Below are positions 36,470 to 46,512 of a stretch of 64,000 nucleotides of DNA, in pieces. Every line of letters begins with the position of its first letter. The first letter of the stretch is position 1. Made by a program: the position numbers and the translations under genes. The DNA comes from Myxococcota bacterium (GTDB lineage: Bacteria; Myxococcota_A; UBA796; UBA2385), in assembly GCA_044344255.1 (NCBI GenBank), contig JBIJDH010000026.1, positions 1 to 64,000 on the forward strand, written 5' to 3'. Under the pieces are notes generated by a model that did no database searches, was not told the DNA's origin, and saw nothing but the letters and a program-made list of their open reading frames with translations.

Positions 36470-38184
36470 GAGTTTGGCAGCTCGTAGGCCCACAGCGCGC
36501 GCGCCCCCTTCTTGATCGGCCAGATCGTGGCGAAGACACAGGCCCCCACCGCGGCGAGGAGCGGCAGCACCACGGCGAACCACTCCCAGGTGAGGAGGGC
36601 CCGCTCTTTGTAGTCGGCCTTGAGCACGAGGTAGATCGGCGCCGCCTCGAGCAGCATCACGACCGCGACGAGCGAGAGGGCATAGGCCATGAAGAGGAGG
36701 GCGGTCGGGCTCGCCGCCACCCGCTGCGCGCTGTCCGCCTTGAAGTCGGGCCAGGTGGCTCCGACCCCCACCGCGATGCCCGACAGGCCGAAGCCCAGCC
36801 CGAAGGCGTTGCCGACCGCGACGAAGAGCTGAAAGGTGCCGGCCTTGAGCAGGAGCATCGAGGGGACGGCGATGCCGAGGCCGAGCATCACGATGAGCGG
36901 CAGCGCCGGCCAGACCTTGGCCCAGAGGAGCTGCTCGGGCCGAATGGGGGCGGTGCGGATGAACCAGAAGGCCCGCGACTCCAGGGAGATCGCGGGGAAC
37001 TGGAAGCGCGTCGCGATGGCGGCCATGATGAAGCCGACCATCGCGTGGCTCGCATAGGCGATGAAATTGGACCAGAAGACCGCATAGGCGCCGCGAAAGA
37101 CGTCGCGCGGCAGGTAGGCGACGCTGGTGAGCGCGATGGCGACGATGCTCGCGACGAGGAAGAGCTGGCTCCACTGGGCGGGGTCGCGGATGAAGACCTT
37201 GACGTCCTTGACCACCATCGGGCGGATGATCGGCGGCAAGGGGGCGGTCCAGACCTGGAGGACGCGGTCGAGCCAGCCGGACTTGGCGAGGCGGGCGGTG
37301 CGGGCCTCCTGGGAGCGGGCCCGGCCCTCGTCATAGACCGTATCGGTCAGGTGGCGGGCGACGGCCATCATCACCACGCCGCCGCTCAGCAGGAGGCCGA
37401 GCTCTATCCAGGGGAAGGGCTTGTCCATCAGCGAGGCGATGAGGAGGTCGCTCGTCCAGCGCATCGGCGTGAAGCGGGGGAGCGGGGCTTGCATCCCGGC
37501 GACATAGGCAGCGACGCTCTCGAAGCTCTCGGCGTCCACGAGGCGCTCGGGGCGGATGAGGCGGAGCATCATGAACAGGAAGACCACCACCACCACGCCC
37601 ACGAGCACCATCGCCTCCCGGATCTTGCGGGCCGGGAAGAACCGGACGAGCACGCTCGCGATGCAGAGGGCCAAGGAGGAGGGGAAGAGCAAGAAGCCCG
37701 GCAGCACGATGAGGATGGTGGCGTACCAGCGGAGCCCCGCCTCGTAGGCGTTACCATAGGCCACCACCATGGGCAGGCCGAAGAAGATCAGCATCCAGCT
37801 CGACTGGATGATCTGGTCAATGAAGCGGGCGAAGAAGAAGGAGGGGCGACTGACCGGCAGGGAGTGGACGAGGTCGAGGTCGTCCGACAGATAAAAGGTG
37901 GACAGGGCCGTGACCACGCCCGAGAAGCCCACGAGCGGGAAGAGGCCGAGCACCATCAGCTCGAGCAGCGTGCGGGCGATGATCGGGCCGAAGATCTCGA
38001 CCTCGTGGAAGGCGTCTACGATCCAGATGAGGAAGGCGAAGATGCCCGCCCAGAAGGTGAGCCCGAAGAGGCCGAGGAGCGCGTAGGTGAAGCGGTCCGC
38101 CTTCGGCGCTCGGGTCCAGCGGTTCCGCTGGGCGCGGAGCCGGGGCCACAAGAGGGCCAGAAAGGCGGGGGTGTTGGCGTTCAA
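36466..38184 (-). CDS. Putative ABC-2-type exporter permease
   Basis: ALSTFYLSDDLD...LPVS, KDVKVFIRDPAQWSQL, PAISLE.RAFW; many TM segments. Confidence 0.85.
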   Translation of the reverse strand: MNANTPAFLALLWPRLRAQRNRWTRAPKADRFTYALLGLFGLTFWAGIFAFLIWIVDAFHEVEIFGPIIARTLLELMVLGLFPLVGFSGVVTALSTFYLSDDLDLVHSLPVSRPSFFFARFIDQIIQSSWMLIFFGLPMVVAYGNAYEAGLRWYATILIVLPGFLLFPSSLALCIASVLVRFFPARKIREAMVLVGVVVVVFLFMMLRLIRPERLVDAESFESVAAYVAGMQAPLPRFTPMRWTSDLLIASLMDKPFPWIELGLLLSGGVVMMAVARHLTDTVYDEGRARSQEARTARLAKSGWLDRVLQVWTAPLPPIIRPMVVKDVKVFIRDPAQWSQLFLVASIVAIALTSVAYLPRDVFRGAYAVFWSNFIAYASHAMVGFIMAAIATRFQFPAISLESRAFWFIRTAPIRPEQLLWAKVWPALPLIVMLGLGIAVPSMLLLKAGTFQLFVAVGNAFGLGFGLSGIAVGVGATWPDFKADSAQRVAASPTALLFMAYALSLVAVVMLLEAAPIYLVLKADYKERALLTWEWFAVVLPLLAAVGACVFATIWPIKKGARALWAYELPNS

Positions 38185-38187
38185 CGC

Positions 38188-39321
38188 TTACTCCTTCGCG
38201 GGCTCCCAGGGGGAGGCGTTCGTCTCCTCCCCCTTCTTGACGGTCTGTCGGATGTAGGCTCGCAGGAGCTTGTTCCGCTGCGCCCCGCCCACGAGGGCGC
38301 GGAGGTCTTCGTAGAGGGCAGGGTCCTTCGCGAGGAGGCCGATGCTGCCTTCACCGGAGTTGATGGCCTCGCTCGTCTGCTTGAGGGCGGCCGCGGTGGC
38401 GGCGAGGTCGTCGACCATCTTCGCCTTCTCGGGGTCATAGACGAGGGAGTGGACGACGGAGTCCTTGTCGCGGATGTCGGTGGCCAGCGCCGCCATCGCC
38501 TCGGCCACGGCGGAGAGGTCGGTGGCGAGCTTCTTGCCCTCGTCGCCGTAGACGAGCTGGTGCGCGATGCCGTCGCCGGTGCGGATCTCGGTGGTGGTGG
38601 CGCGGAGGTCGGCGCTCATGCCCTCGAGGTTGGTGAGCGTGCCCTGCACCTTGGTGGTCATCCCCTTGTCGTAGACGAGGGCGTGCATGAGGCCGTCGCC
38701 GTTCTCGGCGGCGCCGAGGATGCTCTCGAGGTGCTGGAAGGAGCGGGAGAGGCTGGCCTTGGCGGCCTCCTGGTCATCGCCCAGCATCAGGTTGACCTTG
38801 TGGGCGATCTTGCTCGTGCTCTCCAGGATTTGAGTGACCTTCTTCGAGTACTCGAGGAAGTCGAGGGCCTCCTCCGTCTCGATCCAGTCTTCGTCTTCGA
38901 GCTGGGGGCTCTTGGGGTCGCCCATCGTGATCGAGACGTACTTGTCGCCGATCACGCCCACGGTGTCGATGCGGGCCTCGGAGTCCTTCCGGATGCGGGG
39001 CTGGAAGTCGCTCATGATCTTCATCTCGACGTAGACCTGGCGCACGCCGAGGTCATCCGAGAAGGTGATCTTGGTGACCTCGCCGACGTCCCAGCCTGCG
39101 AGGCGGACGGTGGAGCCCTCTTTCAGGCCGCCGATGTCGTCCCAGGCCCCTTGGAGCGTGTAGCGGTTCGCCAGGAGATCGGTGGAGCCTCCGACGAAGA
39201 ACAGCACGACGCCGGTGACGATGATGAGGCCGAAGACGAAGATGCCGACCTTGATCTCCCTCGCGCGCTCGGGGGCGTCCGCGGGGTTGACGTCGGGCTG
39301 GGGGAGCGGCGCGGCGGTCAT
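38188..39321 (-). CDS. MlaD/MCE-family protein (second copy)
   Basis: IKVGIFV, GLKEGSTVRLAG..VGEV, GVIGDKY, GSIGLL..DPALY. Confidence 0.88.
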   Translation of the reverse strand: MTAAPLPQPDVNPADAPERAREIKVGIFVFGLIIVTGVVLFFVGGSTDLLANRYTLQGAWDDIGGLKEGSTVRLAGWDVGEVTKITFSDDLGVRQVYVEMKIMSDFQPRIRKDSEARIDTVGVIGDKYVSITMGDPKSPQLEDEDWIETEEALDFLEYSKKVTQILESTSKIAHKVNLMLGDDQEAAKASLSRSFQHLESILGAAENGDGLMHALVYDKGMTTKVQGTLTNLEGMSADLRATTTEIRTGDGIAHQLVYGDEGKKLATDLSAVAEAMAALATDIRDKDSVVHSLVYDPEKAKMVDDLAATAAALKQTSEAINSGEGSIGLLAKDPALYEDLRALVGGAQRNKLLRAYIRQTVKKGEETNASPWEPAKE

Positions 39322-39443
39322 GGAGACCCTCCGCCGCGCCCTGTATCGCAGCCCCCGGCTCCGCCGCCACCCCCCGGCTGTGAGCCGCCGGGCTGGCCAC
39401 CCTCTCCCTCCGGAGGGTACGCTGCCCGCAGCCCGAGGTCTTC

Positions 39444-40667
39444 ATGCGCTGCCGCTCGTCCGCTCTCTCCTCCCTGCTCTCGCTCGCCTCCCTCGGCGCC
39501 TTCGCCTGCTCCCAGGGCCACGAGTTCGACTACGTCAAGCCGAGCGAGGAGGGCGACGCCGACACCGACGCCGACGCGGACAGCGACGCTGACGCCGACG
39601 CCGACGGGGACAACGACGGGGATGGCTTCACCGTCGAGGAGGGCGACTGCGATGACGAGGACATCGGGGTCAACCCCGCCCGCGACGAGGACCCTGCCGA
39701 CGGCAAGGACAACGACTGCGACGGGCGGCTCGACGAGCAGTGGTCCGGGCTCGTGGCCGCCTTTCAGCAGGATGGCGGCGGCTCGGCGCTCCAGGTCTTC
39801 GACACCGTCGGGCAGGTAGACCAGACGATCACCCTGGACGACGATGAGGTTGTGCCCTACGCCGTCGACGCGGGGCTCAACGGCGGCTGGGTCGTGACGG
39901 GCACGCCGCTCTACATCAACATCTCGGCCGGCACTCCCTCCTTCGAGTACGACGTGGCCACGGTGTACGAGGTGTCCCCGGATGGCACCACCACGGCGCT
40001 CGCCGAATTCGGTGATGACTTTTACGACGACACGATGTTTTATTGGTATGGACCGCTTGTCCAGTCGGTCCGCGTCCACCCGGATGGCTGGTATGTGGCC
40101 GCCTTGCCCGGCGCGCTCTACCGCATCGACACCGACGGCACGGTCACCGAGCTCGCCACCTGGGCCTGGGACATCAACGACGACACCACCTTCGAGCTCT
40201 ATGCGATCGACCTCGCGGTGGACATCCAGACCGGTGAGGTCGGCGTGCTCGACCTCCTCGGCGGCTTCGCGACGTGGACCGAGGAGGGGGGCCTCGTCCA
40301 GCACCGAAAGGCTGACCTCTCCGACGGCTGGGCCAATTGGGACGCCAAGATCGGCATCGGCCTCGTGGCGCAAGACGAGGGCCTCGGCTGGTACGCGATG
40401 CAGGGCGACTTCGCGGTGGGGTCCTATTCCCTCCAACAATTCAACCTCGGCTCCGGGCAGTGGACCACCACCCTCGAGTGGGAGGAGAGCCTCCTCCGTC
40501 CGCTGGCCATCGCCGCCGACGGTGACCACGGGGAATTTTATGTGAGCGCGAAGGGCGGCGACCACTACACCCTCTGGCGCCTCCGTGTGGATGGTGCGCT
40601 GGTCGACGACTTCTTCGACGAGGTGGCCGACGGGCGAAACCTCTGGGGCCTCGCCAGCGCATATTGA
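39444..40667 (+). CDS. Acidic lipoprotein with a DCDD...DNDCDG (putative metal-binding) motif and a beta-propeller-like domain
   Basis: Lipobox AFAC; DADTDADADSD linker; DGDGF...GDCDDED...P...DGKDNDCDG. Confidence 0.8.
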   Translation: MRCRSSALSSLLSLASLGAFACSQGHEFDYVKPSEEGDADTDADADSDADADADGDNDGDGFTVEEGDCDDEDIGVNPARDEDPADGKDNDCDGRLDEQWSGLVAAFQQDGGGSALQVFDTVGQVDQTITLDDDEVVPYAVDAGLNGGWVVTGTPLYINISAGTPSFEYDVATVYEVSPDGTTTALAEFGDDFYDDTMFYWYGPLVQSVRVHPDGWYVAALPGALYRIDTDGTVTELATWAWDINDDTTFELYAIDLAVDIQTGEVGVLDLLGGFATWTEEGGLVQHRKADLSDGWANWDAKIGIGLVAQDEGLGWYAMQGDFAVGSYSLQQFNLGSGQWTTTLEWEESLLRPLAIAADGDHGEFYVSAKGGDHYTLWRLRVDGALVDDFFDEVADGRNLWGLASAY

Positions 40668-40739
40668 CAGAAGTTCGGTGAAGCCGGCGAGCGCCGAGGC
40701 GGCCAATCGGGTTAGCCGGGCGGCCTGTTTGGAGCCCTG

Positions 40740-43700
40740 ATGGCCGGCCGGCGTCCTTCCTCCCCTTCGACCGAACCTCTTCCCGCGTCTCCGATGAAGC
40801 CTGCGCCGAGGGTCCCGCCCGCGTCCGACGTGCCGAACGCCGACGACTCCGCCTTCAGTCGCCTCCTCGCGTGGTTCGCCGCGGAGCGGCCGCACCTCCT
40901 CTCGCGGCGCCTCGCCGACGCCCTCTTCACGCTCGCCAGCCACCCCAACACCCGCCAGGCCATCGAGGCGCGGGTCACGCAGTCGGGGGCCGATCCCACC
41001 ACGATCACGGTGCGGGAGGCCCTGAGCTCCGCGCCCCTGCGCGCGCTGCTCATCGGCGCCCGCGTCCACACGATGTTCGCCGCGACCCTTCGAAATTGGG
41101 CTGTCGCCGGCGCGGTCGTCTCGCCGGCCGATCCCATCCTCCCCGGAGTTGGCTCGGAGCGCCTCGAAGCCTGGGCGCGCCGCAACCGGGTCCCCGATCG
41201 GCCGTATATGCCCCTGGCCGGCCTGCCTGACCTTGACACCGCCTCCTGGGGTTGGACCCTCTCCAACCCCGAGACCACGATCTCCGGGGCGATCTGCGCG
41301 GCGCCGGCCACCGGGAGTCGTCGCTCGGTCTGGGCGCCGCCGCCGGGGCTCGTCAAGCGGGCCATCGAGTGGCTGCAGCAGGAGGCCCGCACACAGCTGC
41401 CTGACCCGGTCGAGCCCTTCCCCGAGGAGGGCGACCCCCACAGCCGTCGCTTTCGGGCCCGCCTGGACGAGCTGCGCGGCCGGCTGCGCGCCGAGGTCGT
41501 CCCCCGCGCGCCGGCCGCGGAGCCCTGGTCCGTCGTGGTCGAGTCGCACCAGGAGCAGATCGTCGGCAGCTCGGTCGGGCCCTGGCCCTGCGCCGGGCGA
41601 CGCGGCTCCGTGGCCATCGGGCTGAACCTCCAGGACGCGGACGTCCCGCTCACCCTCCGCTGCGCCTGCCCCAACCGCACGGGCGCGCGCTGCGCCGCCG
41701 GGCTCTCCTTCCTCGACGCCCTCCGCGGCAGCCTCTCCGCCCCCGAGCCCGGCCCTGCGGCCCGCGCCATCCGCGACACGCTCAGCACCCCGGTCTGGCT
41801 CCGGGCCCTGCGAGAGCTCGACCAGGCCCTGTCCGTCTTCAACGACACCGATGACGCGCCCATCGGCTGGATCGTGAAAGGAGAGGGAACTCGAAGGGCG
41901 CTCCGCGCCTGCCGGGTGCGGGAGAAGAAGCGGGGAGAGGGCGTCAAGCTCGACTTTACCACCCAGGTTCGCGGTCACCCGCGCGCCACCTTCCAAGACG
42001 AGAAGGTCGCCGCGCTCACCCAGGTCGACTCGTATTACCTGAAGGACTCCCACCTGCTCGTGGCCCTCGAGACCCTGCAGGGACACCCGCATGTCTTTGA
42101 CGAAGATCGGCGGCCCCTCCAGATCGTGACCGGTGTGGGTCAGCTCTGTTTTCGAAGTCAGGCCCTCCCGTCGGCGGTCGAGGTCGGCGACGACGAGCTG
42201 CGCGAGATCGAGGTCGTCCTGCAGATCGGCCCGGCCACGCTGCCGATCTCCGAGGCGGTGGTCAACACGGGGTTTGTTGAGCATCGAGTCGGAGACACCA
42301 TCTATCTGTTCCGGTTGGACGAGGCGACCGTCCGGGCCGCCAATGCGCTCCAGCGGCTCGGCTCCCGCTTCCCCGCGGAGGCGGCGGCCGAGCTGCTCCC
42401 CCGCCTCGGGCAGCTCGCCAACCGGACCTCCCTCCGCATGGAGGGGCTCGGCGACACCGAGAGGTGCGACGCGCCCACCTCGCCGATCGTGCTGCTGCAG
42501 CGCCGGGTGGACGGGGGCCTCTCGGTCCGCGTGGGGGTGCGCCCCCATGAGTCGATGCCCGTGATCGAGGCCGGGCTCGGCGACGCCCAGCTCTGGCGGG
42601 GGACGACCACCGGCCTCATCCACATCACGCGCGACCTCGACGCCGAGGTGCTGGCGACCGCCGACCTCTGCGGGCAGCTCGGCATCGACGGCACCACCGA
42701 GCAGATCATCCCCCTCGGTGAGCCCCTCCTGGACCTCCTCGACCGGCTGCGGCAGATGGGCGACACCGTCACCGTGGAGTGGAACGGGTCGCCCACCCGC
42801 CTCCACCGCGCGGTCAAGGGGAGAGACCTCAAGGTCCAGCTCGGCGACCAGCGTGACTGGTTCGGTGTGAGCGGCTCGGTGGAGACCGAGGGCGGCCCGA
42901 TCCCGCTCGGCGAGCTCCTCGCCGCCCTGCGCGAGCGGCGGGCTTGGGTGGCCGTGGGCGAGGACGGCTGGGCCCGCATCGATGAGGCCCTCCGGGAGCG
43001 GCTCGCCCGCCTCGCGGCGGCCTCGCGCAACGTCCGCGGCAAGGAGGAGCTCTCCCCGCTGCACGCCGAGGTGGTCGAGGCCCTCCGCGAGGAGGGGGTC
43101 CAGGTCGACGCAGACCGTGAGTGGGCGGCGCGGGTGAGCCGCATGCGGGAGGCCATGTCCTCGGACCCCGCCCTCCCCGCGGGGCTCCAGGCCACGCTCC
43201 GCCCCTACCAGCTCGAGGGTTACCGCTGGATCCAGCGCCTCGCCGCCTGGGCCGGAGGGGCCGTGCTCGCCGATGACATGGGGCTCGGCAAGACCCTGCA
43301 GGCCTTGACCGTGCTGCAGGCGCGGGCCGCCCTCGGGCCCGCCCTCGTGGTGGCGCCCACCTCCGTCGGCTTCAATTGGCTGCGGGAGGCCGCCGCCTTC
43401 ACGCCGGAGCTGCGGGTGCGCTCTCAGCGGGGGGCCGAGCGCTACGTCGATCCCGCCACCCTCGGCCCGGGCGATGTGGTGGTCACGAGCTACGACCTCC
43501 TCATCCGCGACATCGATCGCCTGCGCATCCCCTGGGCCACGCTGGTGCTCGACGAGGCCCACGCCGTCAAGAACCCCGACACCCAGCGCGCGCGCGCCAC
43601 TCGCGAGATCAACGCCGACCTCCGCCTCGCCCTGACCGGCACCCCGATGGAGAACCGCCTCTCGGAGCTCTGGAGCCTCTTCAGCGTCGTGCTCCCCGGC

Positions 43701-45086
43701 CTGTTGGGCCCCTGGGAGAGCTTCCGAGAGCGCTACGCCACCCCGATCGAGCGCGACCGCGATCCCGTGGCCCAGGCCAACCTCTCCCGCATCGTCCGGC
43801 CCTTCCTGCTCCGTCGGCTGAAGTCCGAGGTGGCCCGCGAGCTGCCCGATCGGATGGAGGTCCGGGTGGACGTCGAGCTCACCGCCGAGGAGCGCCGTCT
43901 CTACGAGCTGGTCCGTCAGGCCTCTGTTCAGGCTCTGCAAGACCAAGACCCCTCGACCCCGCCGCAGCAGCGCCGCTTCCAGGTGCTGGCCGCGATCACG
44001 CGCCTCCGCCAGCTGAGCTGCCACCCGAAGCTTGTGGATCCGGCCTCCGAGGTCCCATCGGCCAAGCTCGCGCGCCTCGTCGAGCTCTGTGAGGAGCTCA
44101 AGGCCGAGGGCCGCCGAGCCCTCGTCTTCTCGCAGTTCACCGAGCACCTATCCCTGGCTCGGGAGGCCCTCACCGAGGCCGGCTTTTCGATGCGAAACAT
44201 CGAGGGCTCCACACCCGAGAAGCAGCGCCGCGACGAGGTCACCGCCTTCCAGGCCGGCGAGGGCGACCTCTTCCTCCTCTCGCTCAAGGCCGGCGGCACG
44301 GGCCTCAACCTCACCGCTGCCTCCGACGTGATCCTGCTCGACCCCTGGTGGAACCCCGCGGTCGAAGATCAGGCCGCTGATCGGGCACACCGCATCGGCC
44401 AGACCCGCGCCGTCACCATCTGGCGGCTCGTCGCCCGCGGCACGATCGAGGAGCAGATCTTGAAGCTCCACGCCGCCAAGCGCGACCTCGTCTCTGGGGT
44501 CCTCGACGGGACCGCGGCGGGCGGCGCCCTCGGCGTGGATGAGCTCCTCGCCTTGCTGGACGGAGAGACGCCGTCTGTCCAACCGACCGAGCCGGTGGCC
44601 CGGGCCCCGAGGCTGGCGCCGCCGCCTGCGCCCGTGCCGGTGCCCGCTCCCGCGCCCGTGCTTGCACCCGCGCCTGTGCCTGCTCCCGCGGCTCCGCCCG
44701 CGCCCGCGCCCGCGCCCACGCCCGCGCCTTCGCCGCCGCGGACCGAGTCGGTCCCTGTGATCGTTCCCCTCGTCGTCGACACCGACACCGAGGAGGGGCG
44801 GGCGCGGCTCCTCGCGGCTTATGGTGAGCACCTCCAGGTCGAGCTCGAGGCGGGGAGGATCCGCAGCTCCGCTCGCTCCAGCGCGTGGAACCCGCTGAGC
44901 CGGGTGGCGGACTGGGCCGAAAAGTACGGCGGCTGGACCTTGGAGAGCCTCAGCGACTACCGCGACGCCTACTTGCAAGAGGCCGAGCTCGACGGCAGCG
45001 ACGGGCCCGCCTCCGACAAGCGGACCGCTCCCACCGCGGTCGCCCGCTTCCTCCGCTGGGCGAATGAGCAGGCGGGCCGAGCCTGA
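40740..45086 (+). CDS. SNF2-family helicase/ATPase with a degenerate SWIM finger
   Basis: LRPYQLEG, LADDMGLGKT, DEAH, LTGTPMEN, FSQF, SLKAGGTGLNLT, DPWWNPAVEDQA.DRAHRIGQ. Start uncertain. Confidence 0.92.
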   Translation: MAGRRPSSPSTEPLPASPMKPAPRVPPASDVPNADDSAFSRLLAWFAAERPHLLSRRLADALFTLASHPNTRQAIEARVTQSGADPTTITVREALSSAPLRALLIGARVHTMFAATLRNWAVAGAVVSPADPILPGVGSERLEAWARRNRVPDRPYMPLAGLPDLDTASWGWTLSNPETTISGAICAAPATGSRRSVWAPPPGLVKRAIEWLQQEARTQLPDPVEPFPEEGDPHSRRFRARLDELRGRLRAEVVPRAPAAEPWSVVVESHQEQIVGSSVGPWPCAGRRGSVAIGLNLQDADVPLTLRCACPNRTGARCAAGLSFLDALRGSLSAPEPGPAARAIRDTLSTPVWLRALRELDQALSVFNDTDDAPIGWIVKGEGTRRALRACRVREKKRGEGVKLDFTTQVRGHPRATFQDEKVAALTQVDSYYLKDSHLLVALETLQGHPHVFDEDRRPLQIVTGVGQLCFRSQALPSAVEVGDDELREIEVVLQIGPATLPISEAVVNTGFVEHRVGDTIYLFRLDEATVRAANALQRLGSRFPAEAAAELLPRLGQLANRTSLRMEGLGDTERCDAPTSPIVLLQRRVDGGLSVRVGVRPHESMPVIEAGLGDAQLWRGTTTGLIHITRDLDAEVLATADLCGQLGIDGTTEQIIPLGEPLLDLLDRLRQMGDTVTVEWNGSPTRLHRAVKGRDLKVQLGDQRDWFGVSGSVETEGGPIPLGELLAALRERRAWVAVGEDGWARIDEALRERLARLAAASRNVRGKEELSPLHAEVVEALREEGVQVDADREWAARVSRMREAMSSDPALPAGLQATLRPYQLEGYRWIQRLAAWAGGAVLADDMGLGKTLQALTVLQARAALGPALVVAPTSVGFNWLREAAAFTPELRVRSQRGAERYVDPATLGPGDVVVTSYDLLIRDIDRLRIPWATLVLDEAHAVKNPDTQRARATREINADLRLALTGTPMENRLSELWSLFSVVLPGLLGPWESFRERYATPIERDRDPVAQANLSRIVRPFLLRRLKSEVARELPDRMEVRVDVELTAEERRLYELVRQASVQALQDQDPSTPPQQRRFQVLAAITRLRQLSCHPKLVDPASEVPSAKLARLVELCEELKAEGRRALVFSQFTEHLSLAREALTEAGFSMRNIEGSTPEKQRRDEVTAFQAGEGDLFLLSLKAGGTGLNLTAASDVILLDPWWNPAVEDQAADRAHRIGQTRAVTIWRLVARGTIEEQILKLHAAKRDLVSGVLDGTAAGGALGVDELLALLDGETPSVQPTEPVARAPRLAPPPAPVPVPAPAPVLAPAPVPAPAAPPAPAPAPTPAPSPPRTESVPVIVPLVVDTDTEEGRARLLAAYGEHLQVELEAGRIRSSARSSAWNPLSRVADWAEKYGGWTLESLSDYRDAYLQEAELDGSDGPASDKRTAPTAVARFLRWANEQAGRA

Positions 45087-45207
45087 GGGCGCGGGCCGGG
45101 CGGGGCCTCGAGGGCGCACCTAGGAACTCATTTCCCGATCGGGACTCTTTTCCTAGCACCCCCAGGGCATCGGCCGAGACGATCGGCTTCCCGCCCATCT
45201 TCCTCAA

Positions 45208-45223
45208 GGGCATGGTCTTTGCA
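45208..45223 (+). promoter_or_regulatory. Putative sigma54 promoter of the minor pilin operon
   Basis: GGGCAT-GGTCT-TTGCA (GG-N10-GC), about 63 nt before ATG 45287. Confidence 0.55.
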
Positions 45224-45286
45224 TGGTGACCTGTGCACACGGGGGCGCCGAAGGGTCGGCACCCTGAACGCTCAACCCCCGAGCCC

Positions 45287-45955
45287 ATGTCCCGCGCCTT
45301 CACCCTCGTCGAGCTCTTGATCGTCCTCGCCATCCTCGCGGTGGTCGGCGCGATCGGCTGGGGGACGATGCGAGACGACCTCCCCCGCTTCCGCCTCGTC
45401 CAGACCGCCAAGGCCCTCCGCGCGGACCTCATGCAGCTCCAGAGCCTCGCCGTACAGCGCTCCCGCGAGACCCGCCTCCGCCTCGTGGAGTCTGGAGGCA
45501 CGTGCACGGACACCAGCCGGTGGGGCGGGCGCTGGGTGCTCGAGGTCGGCGATCGTTCAAGCGGCTCGACCCGCTGGGACATCCTCCCCGAAGACAGCAG
45601 CGCCGACGCCTCCGACGATGACACCACCGAGGGCATGGTCGACATCGGCCCCGACGGCAACCGTAAGGCCCGCTTCGTCTGCCTGGAGCCCTGGTCCAGC
45701 ATCGGCGGGCCGGGCTCTGGCAACGCCGACAGCATCGTCTTCAGCCCCAGCGCCTGGGTGACCAACCCGAGCACCGACTTCGACGCCGCCGGCGCCATCG
45801 AGCTCACCCTGGTCAACGAGGTGGCGCGCGAGCAGGGCGTCGTGGATGAGATCTCGATCCGCGTGGCTCGATCCGGCTTTGTCCGCCTCGAGTCTACCCT
45901 CGGCAGCTCCAGCGCCGCTTCTGCCAGCGCCGCTCCGACCTCGAGCGCGCCATGA
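45287..45955 (+). CDS. fimU: FimT/FimU-like minor pilin
   Basis: Prepilin motif RA|FTLVELLIVLAIL. Confidence 0.8.
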   Translation: MSRAFTLVELLIVLAILAVVGAIGWGTMRDDLPRFRLVQTAKALRADLMQLQSLAVQRSRETRLRLVESGGTCTDTSRWGGRWVLEVGDRSSGSTRWDILPEDSSADASDDDTTEGMVDIGPDGNRKARFVCLEPWSSIGGPGSGNADSIVFSPSAWVTNPSTDFDAAGAIELTLVNEVAREQGVVDEISIRVARSGFVRLESTLGSSSAASASAAPTSSAP

Positions 45956-46512
45956 CCCGCTCTCTGGTACCATCGCGCACCATGATCTCGAGCAGCCCGC
46001 GCCGCGCCTCTCCGCTCACCCGCCCGCCCCGCGGACGGCTGGGCTTCACGCTGGTCGAGGTCCTGATCGCGGTCTCGTTGCTGGGCTTCTCGCTCATCGT
46101 GATGTTCGGCTTCCACACGCAAGCCGTGCGCTCGAACATGCAGGCCCGCAAGATCACCGACTGCACCTACCTGGCGCAGACCCAGATGGAGCGCCTGATG
46201 TCGGTGCCCTGGAACACCGTCACCGCTCGCAGCGGGGGCCCGCTCGAGGCCGGGACCGCGGGCGGCGGGGAGTGGGATGACCTCTACCACTCCGAGAACG
46301 GCCCCGGAGTCTCGCCCTCGGCGGTCAACGCGATGAACGAAGAGGCAGACACCTTCGGCGTCCCGACCTACTATGTGTCCTGGGATGTCGAAGATATGGA
46401 CGCAGAGTCCACCTGGACCCGCTTGCGGGTGCGGTGCAAGTACGAAGACAAGGCCTTTGGCGCTTGGCGCGGCACCACGGTGTCGGCCTATCGCTACCGG
46501 GACTCCGGATGA
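45952..46512 (+). CDS. pilV: PilV-like minor pilin
   Basis: G|FTLVEVLIA, LAQTQMERL; operon order. Confidence 0.8.
   Translation: MTRSLVPSRTMISSSPRRASPLTRPPRGRLGFTLVEVLIAVSLLGFSLIVMFGFHTQAVRSNMQARKITDCTYLAQTQMERLMSVPWNTVTARSGGPLEAGTAGGGEWDDLYHSENGPGVSPSAVNAMNEEADTFGVPTYYVSWDVEDMDAESTWTRLRVRCKYEDKAFGAWRGTTVSAYRYRDSG

Noticed and set aside
40740..45086. SNF2 gene as part of a defence system (DISARM, Zorya or BREX-like)
   Set aside because: No methylase, nuclease or other partner genes are adjacent.
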